44,242 nucleotides of DNA from a candidate division WWE3 bacterium (GTDB lineage: Bacteria; Patescibacteriota; WWE3; UBA101185; UBA10185). Under the pieces are notes generated by a model, which saw only the letters and a list, made by a program, of their open reading frames with translations, made no database searches and had not been told where the DNA came from. Where the stretch lies: the NCBI GenBank assembly GCA_945897985.1, contig CAMDGN010000002.1, positions 1-44,242 of the forward strand, read 5' to 3'. A program made the position numbers and the translations under genes. Shown here piece after piece: positions 36,478 through 44,116 of this stretch. Within the stretch, counting starts at the first letter, position 1, and every line of letters begins with the position of its first letter.

Positions 36478-37573
36478 AATAGCCATTGTCCACGATGACT
36501 TTATTCAATTCGGTGGTGCGGAAAATCTTATTTTTGATATTTCAAAAAAATTAAATTTAAACTCAGATTTTGAGATAGTTATTTACTCCTCATTGATTTC
36601 GACTAAATGGAAGAAAAAGCTAAGTAATGCGTCTCTTAAGTATCAAGAGAGTTTTTTAAGTTATATACCCTTTTGCTATTTAATTTCAAAATTATTTTTT
36701 ATTCCTAATTTGTTTTACTTGGCTTTTCAAAGTTTTAATTTCGATAAGTTTGACGTTGTGTTGTCTTCCTCTACTAGGTTTGGTCATAGTGTAATTACAA
36801 AGCCCTCAACTTACCATATTTCATACCTTAATTCGCCCTCAAAAATGTTATGGAGTACTTGGGAATATTTTAAAAGTAAGGATAAGTTGTATCGATTGGT
36901 TTATATTTTCTTAAACAATAAAAGAGTAATTGATCAGGTTACCCAAAACTACAGTGATTTAATTATCTCAAATTCTAAAAATATTAGACGTAAGATTACA
37001 AAATTTTATCGAAGGAAATCCTTAGTTTTATACCCGTACATTGAATCAGGTTTTATGTTAAAACCTAAAGAAAATTATTATGTTTTGGTCTCGAGATTAG
37101 TTTCATGGAAAAGAATTGATTATGTGATTGAAGCTTTTAATGAATTAGGTGAGAGGTTAGTTATTATTGGTTCAGGTCCCCAACAATCCCATTTAAAGAA
37201 GATCTCTAATTCAAACATTGAATTTACAGGTTTTATAGGTGAAGCCGCGAAGCGGGAATTGATCTCTAAATCAACAGCTATGATTTTTCCTCAAAACGAG
37301 GATTTCGGTTTATCTATTGTTGAGAGCCTGTGTCTTGGCACCCCAATTTTATATTTTAATAAAGGTGGTGCCAAAGAGATTCTTAATGAATCCCTTGGAA
37401 TACCCTTTGAAGAACAGAATGCAAAATCCCTTATCTCAGCGATAAATAAACACAAATTTAGGTCTTACAATATAGAGGAACTGCTTCTTTCTGGATCTAA
37501 ATATAATTCAGATAATTTTATAGGTTTCCTCACTAAGCTGATTAATACAAGGCTTGAGATGAAAAAAAGTTAA
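36455..37573 (+). CDS. GT4 glycosyltransferase
   Basis: MNSSRKYKIAIVHDDFIQFGGAENL; SRLVSWKR; PQNEDFGLSIVESLCLGTPILYF (EX7E). The track start 36407 would add 16 residues overlapping the previous gene by 71 nt; ATG 36455 gives a 23-nt overlap. Confidence 0.75.
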   Translation: MNSSRKYKIAIVHDDFIQFGGAENLIFDISKKLNLNSDFEIVIYSSLISTKWKKKLSNASLKYQESFLSYIPFCYLISKLFFIPNLFYLAFQSFNFDKFDVVLSSSTRFGHSVITKPSTYHISYLNSPSKMLWSTWEYFKSKDKLYRLVYIFLNNKRVIDQVTQNYSDLIISNSKNIRRKITKFYRRKSLVLYPYIESGFMLKPKENYYVLVSRLVSWKRIDYVIEAFNELGERLVIIGSGPQQSHLKKISNSNIEFTGFIGEAAKRELISKSTAMIFPQNEDFGLSIVESLCLGTPILYFNKGGAKEILNESLGIPFEEQNAKSLISAINKHKFRSYNIEELLLSGSKYNSDNFIGFLTKLINTRLEMKKS

Positions 37574-37600
37574 AAAGAGTGTAAAATCATTATCAATACA

Positions 37601-38230
37601 ATGTTTGAATTTACTAAACGATTTATAGACATAATCGGATCCCTTATTGGGATATTAATCTTTATAATCCCGATGGCTTTAATAGCTTTATACATTAAAA
37701 TTGCTTCCCCCGGAGACTCTGTTATCGCAAATACCAAAGGTAGGGTTGGGTATAAGGGTAAAGAGTTTAAATTACTAAAGTTTAGATCAATGATTCCTAA
37801 TGCTCAGGCTTGGTTAGAATCTCAACCTGAATTATTCAATAAATACAAAGAAAATAATTTTAAACTCGATCCAGACCCAAGACTAATTCCCGGAGGTAAA
37901 TTTATTAGAAAATTTTCTTTAGACGAATTGCCTCAATTTTTTAATATCTTAAACGGGGATATGAGTCTAGTTGGGCCTAGAGCTTATTTCAAATTTGAAT
38001 TAGAAGAGCAATTAAAAAAATATCCTCAAACCAAGGCTGATATATTACAGATGCAGGAAGCAAAACCCGGACTAACTGGAGTTTGGCAAACCAGTGGAAG
38101 GTCAAGTATTGGGTTTGTTGAAAGGATAAAGATGGACGCAGATTACTCTAGAAAGCGTTCTCTGCTTTATGATATATTAATTATATTGAAGACACCATTA
38201 GTAGTTATATTCGGAAAAGGAGCTTACTAG
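37601..38230 (+). CDS. Initiating polyprenyl-phosphate phosphoglycosyltransferase (small monotopic 'bacterial sugar transferase', PglC/WbaP C-domain type)
   Basis: KRFIDIIGSLIGILIFIIPMALIALYIKIASPG (re-entrant helix), LLKFRSM, SLDELPQFFNILNGDMSLVGPRA (Asp-Glu dyad), PGLTGVWQ, DADY. Confidence 0.85.
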   Translation: MFEFTKRFIDIIGSLIGILIFIIPMALIALYIKIASPGDSVIANTKGRVGYKGKEFKLLKFRSMIPNAQAWLESQPELFNKYKENNFKLDPDPRLIPGGKFIRKFSLDELPQFFNILNGDMSLVGPRAYFKFELEEQLKKYPQTKADILQMQEAKPGLTGVWQTSGRSSIGFVERIKMDADYSRKRSLLYDILIILKTPLVVIFGKGAY

Positions 38231-38233
38231 TTT

Positions 38234-40282
38234 ATGGATAAAGATAAAAGTATAAAGTTTGGAGGTAATTCTGAATCAGAAAATTTTAAAAATAAATTTA
38301 CTGAGAAGTTAGAATCTAAAGCTGCTCAAATTAAAGAAAAATTTAATTTAAATAGTTCTAACAATAAAATGAATATTGGATCAAATATGGGAAAAGTAGT
38401 TTCATCTGGAAATTTAAATAAAGTTACAAAAATTTTAGTCCCTGTTTTTGGGGGTATTCTTGTTGTATTGGTTCTGTTATTTTTTGTAGTAATAAATCCT
38501 ATTCTAAGTTTAAGAGACTCCGTTACTAAATTACAGAAGACAGTTAACCAAACAAGTTTTTCTCTAATTAATGATAGAGATCTTGTAGCTTACGAATCTA
38601 ACTTAGCAAAACTTGAAAGTGATTTGAACAACTTAAGATCTGAAAGAGACAGCAAAATTGGCCACTTAAAGAATTTTCCTTATATAAAGAACTTCTACGG
38701 TGATATTGATATCTTCATTAACACAGGAATCAAGCTTGTCGCTGCAGGAAAAGAAGTTAGACCTGTAATTGAGCCTTTTGCAGATGCTATGGGAATTAAA
38801 GTTTCCAAAGACCAGCAAGTAAATAAGATTGGATTTGCGGATGCTGTTGCAACCTGGATTAGTGTAATGCCAAAAGTTGCTCAAAATCTTGATCCAATCA
38901 TTCTTAAACTTGATGAAGCTGGAAAAGAGTTAAATAAGATTGATGCTCAGAAGTACAATTTTAATTTTGGCTTTTATAAAAACGATTTAAGACCTGGAAT
39001 TTTATTTGCTCAAAAATCTTTAGCTGACGTACGAACCTATGGTCCTGATGCCAAAGAGGCTCTTCTAATTTTCCCTGGAATTTTAGGAGTAGGTACAGGT
39101 GAGCAAAGATATATGATTATTATGCAGAATAATGCTGAAATCAGAGCAACTGGTGGTTTCTGGACTAACTTTGCAACCTTCAAGGTTAAAAACGCACTTT
39201 TAACATCTGATTTTACGTCTAAAGACATGTATTCAATTGATATTGCTCTTGACGCTGTTGATAAGTACGTAACATTTCCGACTGCTCCCGCAGCTTATAA
39301 CAAGTTCTTAAAAGTCGAGAGATTGTACGCAAGAGATACCAATATTTCTCCTGATTTCCCGTCTGCTATTACTCAGTTTAATGTTTACTACAACATGGCT
39401 CAAAGAGTTAATCCAGTTGATTTCAAGCCGGTAGATGGTTATATCGGAATTAACACCGAGGTTGTTAAAGAATTTATCGGAATCACAGGTCCTGTAAATG
39501 TTAATGGTGTAATTTTTGACAAGAATAACGTTGTTCTTGAGCTTGAAAAAATTGCCTCACTCTCCTTAGCTCAACAAGCAAATAGAAAGAAAGTTTTAGG
39601 GGACTTAATGGAAGCTATGCTTAAAAATGTGTTTGAATCTGATTCCTTCTTATGGCCACAACTTATCAACAAAGGTGTTGATTTGATGAATAGAAAACAG
39701 GTTATAATTTACTTTAACGACGTAAATTCGCAAAAACTTGTTGAAAAATATAACTACGGTGGAAGAATTGTTGAACAAACCCCAGGAAGTGACTATGCTT
39801 TCTTCGTTTCAACCAACCTTGGTGGTGATAAAACTAACTTGTTTATTAAGAAAGAGCTTACTCAGACAACAACCCAGGAGAATGGTAAGTTGCTTCGAAC
39901 TGTCAAAGTTAGATATACCTACCCGCAACCACCTTCTGAGTACAACGACTTTGTGAAGAGATACCAAGACTGGTATAGACTTTATGTTCCTGAGGATGCT
40001 GAATTTGTATCACTTACAGGAAATGAAGACAGTACTTTATTCCAAGGTAAAGAAAGAGGTAAAGTTTATTTTGGAGGATTTATGACATTAGTACCTAACG
40101 AAACTAAAGAAGTTGAATTCAAGTATTATCTTCCTGCATCTTATGTTAAGAATAAGCAATACAACTTATACATTCAAAAGCAATCCGGTGTTAACGAAGA
40201 AAAATACAACTTTAATGTTTTCGGTACAACTTCAACTAAGGTAATTGATACTGATTACAACTTAAATGTTACTTCTAACTAA
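38234..40282 (+). CDS. DUF4012-family protein: N-terminal membrane anchor, coiled coil, large extracytoplasmic domain; function unknown
   Basis: 682 aa. Lys/Asn-rich N-terminus, one TM (ILVPVFGGILVVLVLLFFVVI), coiled coil (aa about 95-140), then YMIIMQNNAEIRATGGFWTNFATF, which I recognise as the DUF4012 signature (QNNAE.R.TGGF). Confidence 0.7.
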   Translation: MDKDKSIKFGGNSESENFKNKFTEKLESKAAQIKEKFNLNSSNNKMNIGSNMGKVVSSGNLNKVTKILVPVFGGILVVLVLLFFVVINPILSLRDSVTKLQKTVNQTSFSLINDRDLVAYESNLAKLESDLNNLRSERDSKIGHLKNFPYIKNFYGDIDIFINTGIKLVAAGKEVRPVIEPFADAMGIKVSKDQQVNKIGFADAVATWISVMPKVAQNLDPIILKLDEAGKELNKIDAQKYNFNFGFYKNDLRPGILFAQKSLADVRTYGPDAKEALLIFPGILGVGTGEQRYMIIMQNNAEIRATGGFWTNFATFKVKNALLTSDFTSKDMYSIDIALDAVDKYVTFPTAPAAYNKFLKVERLYARDTNISPDFPSAITQFNVYYNMAQRVNPVDFKPVDGYIGINTEVVKEFIGITGPVNVNGVIFDKNNVVLELEKIASLSLAQQANRKKVLGDLMEAMLKNVFESDSFLWPQLINKGVDLMNRKQVIIYFNDVNSQKLVEKYNYGGRIVEQTPGSDYAFFVSTNLGGDKTNLFIKKELTQTTTQENGKLLRTVKVRYTYPQPPSEYNDFVKRYQDWYRLYVPEDAEFVSLTGNEDSTLFQGKERGKVYFGGFMTLVPNETKEVEFKYYLPASYVKNKQYNLYIQKQSGVNEEKYNFNVFGTTSTKVIDTDYNLNVTSN

Positions 40283-40995
40283 TGAACTCTAAGAACTACG
40301 ATGCTCTTGTACTCAAGAGCATCAACCTTAAAGACTCTGACAAGATATACACTCTTCTTGTCAGAGGCTTAGGTAAAATTTCAGCTAAAGCTAAAGGTGT
40401 CCGAAAAATTAATTCTAAAAGACTTTCTACTTTAGATACTTTAAATTTTATTAGAGTTGGACTGGTAGGGGAGTCTGAAATCAGAGTAATTACTGAGGTT
40501 AAAATGACCTATTCTTTTTCAAATTTAAAAACTAATTTAGACAAATTAAAAACAGCCTATTATTTTATTGAAATTGTAAACAAGTTAATTCAGGAATCTG
40601 ATGAGTATGATGGTGTATTTGAGCTCCTAATTAAATGCTTAAAACGTCTTGATGAAAAAACTTTTTATGATTCTAGAGTTGAAAACTATTTTGAAATAAA
40701 TCTTCTTAAAATATTGGGTTATTCCATTGAGGTAGGTTCGTGTGTTGCTTGTTTTAATTCAGATTTCACTACTAGAGATTTTTCTTTTGATTTTGATCAA
40801 GGGGGTATTATCTGTTCTCACTGCTCTAACTCGCTAAACTATTTACATACTGCCACACTTAACTCGTTTAATTACTTGGATGGCAAGCTACCTGATCAGA
40901 ATCTGGAGTTTGAAGAGGTAGACCAAATTCTTAAATTCTATATTGGGAGTTTACTTAACGAAGCTCCAAAATCTCTTAAATACCTTAAACTCTAA
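40282..40995 (+). CDS. recO: DNA repair protein RecO
   Basis: N-terminal OB-fold pattern DALVLKSINLKDSDKIYTLLVRGLGKISAKAKGVRK. C-terminal zinc-finger cysteines CVAC...CSHC. 1-nt TAATG overlap with the DUF4012 gene. Confidence 0.8.
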   Translation: MNSKNYDALVLKSINLKDSDKIYTLLVRGLGKISAKAKGVRKINSKRLSTLDTLNFIRVGLVGESEIRVITEVKMTYSFSNLKTNLDKLKTAYYFIEIVNKLIQESDEYDGVFELLIKCLKRLDEKTFYDSRVENYFEINLLKILGYSIEVGSCVACFNSDFTTRDFSFDFDQGGIICSHCSNSLNYLHTATLNSFNYLDGKLPDQNLEFEEVDQILKFYIGSLLNEAPKSLKYLKL

Positions 40996-41022
40996 GTTTA
41001 GTCTCATTTTTCGTTCATTTTT

Positions 41023-41031
41023 TGTTAAAAT
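41023..41031 (+). promoter_or_regulatory. Putative extended -10 box (TGTTAAAAT), 6 nt upstream of glyQS ATG 41038
   Basis: TGTTAAAAT-ataagt-ATG. No SD in the 42-nt gap. Confidence 0.5.
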
Positions 41032-41037
41032 ATAAGT

Positions 41038-42420
41038 ATGTCAAAAGTAACTGATTTTCAGAAAATCGTAGCCTTATGTAAAAGAAGGGGATTTATCTTC
41101 CCTGGTTCTGATATTTATGGCGGACTTGCTAACACTTATGATTTTGGGCCTTTAGGTGTTGAGATGCTTCAAAACGTTATGAATTCATGGTGGAGAACGT
41201 TTGTTAGGTCAAGAGAAGACATGCATGGATTGGACACTTCTATTTTAATGAGTCCTAAAGTTTGGGAATCGTCGGGCCACACTAAAAACTTCACTGATGT
41301 ATTGGTGGATTGTAGAAATTGCCAACTTCGAACTAGAGCTGACCATCTGATTGAGGATCATTTTGAATCTAAAGGTGACAAGATTTCCGTAGAGGGTAAA
41401 ACTTTAGAAGAAATGGATAAGGTTATAATTGGCGAGAAAATTCCTTGCCCTAAATGTGGAAATCACGCCTTTACTCCGGTTAGAAAGTTTAACCTGTTAT
41501 TTGAAACTAATGTTGGAATTATTTCTACTTCTCAAAACAAGGTTTATTTAAGAGGTGAAATTGCTCAAGGAATGTTTGTTAACTTTAAAAATGTTTTGGA
41601 TACCATGAGGCCAAAACTACCATTTGGAATTGCTCAAATGGGTAAAGCTTTTAGAAATGAAATTACTTTAGGAAATTTTATCTTTAGAACACTTGAATTT
41701 AATTTAGCTGAATTTGAATATTTCTTTAATCCTGAAAAAACTGATGTAAATGTATTGTTTGATTACTGGAAAAAAGAAATGGAAGATTTTCTAATCAACT
41801 TAGGCTTAGATAAATCTAAAATGAGATGGAGAGTTCATGCTGAAGAAGAAAGAGCTCACTATTCAACTCGAACCGAAGATTTAGAATACCAGTTCCCTTT
41901 TGGATTTAAGGAAGTTCTTGGTTTAGCTTACCGAACAGACTTTGATCTTAAAAATCATATGGAACAATCTGGAACTGACCTTAGGTACATCGATCCTGAA
42001 AATAATGATAAATTTATTCCTCATGTTATTGAACCAACATTTGGAATTAATAGAATTTTCTTGGCTTTAATGGCAGAAGGTTTTACTGAAGACGAAGAAG
42101 ATAATAGGTTAGTCTTAAAGCTTTCTAAGAATGTGTCTCCTTATTTGGTTTCAGTTTTTCCATTAGTTAAAAATAAACCTGAATTAGTAGAGAAGGCTCA
42201 GTCTGTTTATTCTGGTCTTAGAAGAAACTATTCAGTTTCTTTTGATAGCAGAGGAAATATCGGAAAAAGATATTTAGCTCAGGATGAAATTGGAACACCT
42301 TACTGCATTACCGTCGATTATCAAACCTTAGAAGACGACACAGTCACAATTAGAGACAGAGATTCTAAAACTCAAGATAGAATTAAAGTTTCTGAGATCA
42401 CTTCATATCTTTCCCGATAA
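41038..42420 (+). CDS. glyQS: Glycine--tRNA ligase (homodimeric class II, GlyQS type)
   Basis: FQKIVALCKRRGFIFPGSDIYGGLANTYDFGPLGVEM, RGEIAQGMFVNF, GKAFRNEITLGNFIFRTLEFNLAEFEYF, IEPTFGINRIFLA, and a C-terminal anticodon-binding domain. Confidence 0.9.
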   Translation: MSKVTDFQKIVALCKRRGFIFPGSDIYGGLANTYDFGPLGVEMLQNVMNSWWRTFVRSREDMHGLDTSILMSPKVWESSGHTKNFTDVLVDCRNCQLRTRADHLIEDHFESKGDKISVEGKTLEEMDKVIIGEKIPCPKCGNHAFTPVRKFNLLFETNVGIISTSQNKVYLRGEIAQGMFVNFKNVLDTMRPKLPFGIAQMGKAFRNEITLGNFIFRTLEFNLAEFEYFFNPEKTDVNVLFDYWKKEMEDFLINLGLDKSKMRWRVHAEEERAHYSTRTEDLEYQFPFGFKEVLGLAYRTDFDLKNHMEQSGTDLRYIDPENNDKFIPHVIEPTFGINRIFLALMAEGFTEDEEDNRLVLKLSKNVSPYLVSVFPLVKNKPELVEKAQSVYSGLRRNYSVSFDSRGNIGKRYLAQDEIGTPYCITVDYQTLEDDTVTIRDRDSKTQDRIKVSEITSYLSR

Positions 42421-42491
42421 TTAATCGAAATAATTTTTACTCATTTATTACTTTTTAACCGCTATATAAGCCTTTTCGGGTTATTTCCGTG

Positions 42492-42520
42492 TTGACTCCT
42501 AAGGTCAAATGGTGGAATAT
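42492..42520 (+). promoter_or_regulatory. Possible Pmra-like promoter (-35 TTGACT 42492-42497; weak -10 GAATAT 42515-42520, 17-nt spacer)
   Basis: Near-consensus -35 hexamer. The -10 is poor (3/6) and overlaps the first repeat unit. Confidence 0.3.
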
Positions 42521-42550
42521 GGTTAGTAAGGGTGAGAAATGGTGAATTAT
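42511..42550 (+). promoter_or_regulatory. Four in-phase direct repeats (10-bp period) upstream of mraZ; candidate MraZ operator
   Basis: GGTGGAATAT / GGTTAGTAAG / GGTGAGAAAT / GGTGAATTAT start at 42511, 42521, 42531 and 42541 exactly. The last unit doubles as an SD-like GGTGA for mraZ. Confidence 0.5.
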
Positions 42551-42959
42551 GAAAATGTTTTTAGGTGAGTATCAACCAAATTTAACTGATGGGTCTAGGT
42601 TAGCTTTACCTAAAAAACTAAGAGAACAGATTCTTGGTGATGAAGTAGTTTTATCAAGAGGTTTTGAGAAATGCATTTTTGTTTATGACAAACAAGATTG
42701 GATTAATGAATCTCTAAAACAAATTGATAATCCTATTACAGACTTGAGAACTAGAGATTTGAGAAGATACATGTTCGCTGGAGCTGTTGACTCAAAGCTA
42801 GATTCACAAGGAAGAATGATTGTTCCTACTAATTTACTTGCCTATGCTGGACTAGAAAAAGAAGTAACTGTTATTGGGGCTGGAGATCATATTGAAATCT
42901 GGAACACTGCAACCTGGAACGCGTACTTTGAAAATGTATCAAATAGTTTAACTGCCTAA
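42549..42959 (+). CDS. mraZ: Transcriptional regulator MraZ
   Basis: (MK)MFLGEYQPNLTDGSRLALPKKLR...DSQGRMIVPTNLLAYAGLEKEVTVIGAGDHIEIW: two SpoVT/AbrB-like MraZ repeats. ATG 42555 (MFLGEY) with GGTGA 9 nt upstream may be the real start. Confidence 0.85.
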   Translation: MKMFLGEYQPNLTDGSRLALPKKLREQILGDEVVLSRGFEKCIFVYDKQDWINESLKQIDNPITDLRTRDLRRYMFAGAVDSKLDSQGRMIVPTNLLAYAGLEKEVTVIGAGDHIEIWNTATWNAYFENVSNSLTA

Positions 42960-42966
42960 AGTTTCT

Positions 42967-43836
42967 ATGAAATACCATGAACCAGTACTTTTAAATGAAG
43001 TACTTGAAAACTTAAAGCTGGATAAAACTAAAACAATTGTAGACTGCACTCTTGGAGATGGCGGACACACAATTGAAATTTTAAAAACTGGAGCCTGTGT
43101 TATTGGAATTGATTACAATGATGATTCAATTTCTAGAACCTTTTCCAGAGTTCAAAATGAAAATTTAGATAATAATTTCAACTTAATTAAAGGTAACTTT
43201 AAAGATATTGATCAGTTAATTCCTAATAAAGTAGACGGTTTTTTACTAGACCTAGGTTACTCTTCATTCCATCTTGAGGGATACCAGAAAGGTCTTTCCT
43301 TTCAAAAAGATGAAGAATTAGATATGAGGGTTGATACTTCTTTAGGTGTAAAAGCTAAAGATTTACTGAAAGTTTTAAACAGAACCCAACTGGAGCAGCT
43401 ATTCAAAATCTATGGGGAAGAGAAATATTCAAAGAAAATTGCTGAAGAAATTGTTAAGAAACGTGAAGTGAAGGAAATACATTCCACTGGTGATTTAGTT
43501 GAAATCATTAACAGTGTCGTTCCTTCACAACAGGTTTTTCGAATTAATCCTGCAACTAGGGTTTTTCAAGCTTTAAGAATTGTTGTGAATCAAGAGCTGG
43601 AGAACTTAAAAACAGCACTACCAATGGCTGAAAATCTAACACTGCCTGGTGGACGAATTTTAGTAATAACTTTTCATTCGTTAGAAGAAAAGATAGTACG
43701 ATCATTCTCCAGAGATTTTCAGCCAAGTATATATCTAGTAGGAGAATCTTCAATTTCTCCCAGCAACTTGGAAATTAGCAGAAATCCAAGAAGCAGAAGT
43801 GCCAAATTATATGTTTTTGAGAAACGAAAAAAATAA
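42967..43836 (+). CDS. rsmH: 16S rRNA (cytosine1402-N4)-methyltransferase RsmH (MraW)
   Basis: YHEPVLLNEVL, DCTLGDGGHT, LLDLGYSSFHL, PATRVFQALRIVVNQEL, VITFHSLEEKIV. Confidence 0.9.
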   Translation: MKYHEPVLLNEVLENLKLDKTKTIVDCTLGDGGHTIEILKTGACVIGIDYNDDSISRTFSRVQNENLDNNFNLIKGNFKDIDQLIPNKVDGFLLDLGYSSFHLEGYQKGLSFQKDEELDMRVDTSLGVKAKDLLKVLNRTQLEQLFKIYGEEKYSKKIAEEIVKKREVKEIHSTGDLVEIINSVVPSQQVFRINPATRVFQALRIVVNQELENLKTALPMAENLTLPGGRILVITFHSLEEKIVRSFSRDFQPSIYLVGESSISPSNLEISRNPRSRSAKLYVFEKRKK

Positions 43837-44116
43837 ACCATTTTACAGATTACTAATCGCAACTTACGTTGTATATTTTGTACTAAATATGATTTCTCTA
43901 AACTATCTTTCAGTAAACAGTGCAGAATTTAAAAAACTAGAGACAGAGATCTCTACATTAAATGATTCAATCTCAAACTTAAATTTCAAATTATCAAAAG
44001 CTTCCTCAATTTCAGATGTAGAAGATAGAGCTAAGAAATTAGGATTTATTAAAATCAACCATGATGTTAAGGTAATATCAGCCTCCTTTGCGTATAATTT
44101 CACTAATGAGAATTAA
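43799..44116 (+). CDS. ftsL: FtsL-like cell division protein (start uncertain)
   Basis: Sits between rsmH and a PBP gene. Single TM (FYRLLIATYVVYFVLNMISLNYL) followed by a coiled coil (AEFKKLETEISTLNDSISNLNFKL). A start at 43799 overlaps rsmH by 38 nt; ATG 43811 is an alternative. Confidence 0.55.
   Translation: MPNYMFLRNEKNKPFYRLLIATYVVYFVLNMISLNYLSVNSAEFKKLETEISTLNDSISNLNFKLSKASSISDVEDRAKKLGFIKINHDVKVISASFAYNFTNEN

Noticed and set aside
37582-37587. TAAAAT upstream of the phosphoglycosyltransferase gene, considered as a leaderless promoter
   Set aside because: It lies 13 nt from ATG 37601, not 5-6 nt. It may be an ordinary promoter with a very short 5' UTR, or just chance.
42466-42484. 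Hairpin ATAAGCC-ttttc-GGGTTAT after glyQS as an intrinsic terminator
   Set aside because: It is only a 7-bp stem with an internal G-G mismatch, and the T-tract is weak (ttcc...). It is too marginal to call.
42501-42510. A fifth MraZ-box-like unit (AAGGTCAAAT) upstream of the four phased repeats
   Set aside because: Its GGT core starts at 42503, 2 nt out of phase with the 10-bp register of the other four, and it reads GGTC rather than GGTG/GGTT.
733-44103. Sixteen short ORFs in the supplied track that lie inside, and mostly antisense to, longer genes: 733-939(+), 2665-2847(-), 5313-5582(-), 6162-6353(-), 6935-7150(-), 21161-21343(-), 29349-29537(-), 30332-30550(+), 32233-32535(-), 33306-33491(+), 36181-36486(-), 38666-38884(-), 39037-39228(-), 39738-39956(+), 43556-43753(-), 43903-44103(-).
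   Set aside because: Each is fully nested in a longer ORF that carries clear family motifs. Their translations are low-complexity (Ser/Leu/Pro/Lys-rich) with no recognisable motifs, as expected for chance open frames in AT-rich DNA.
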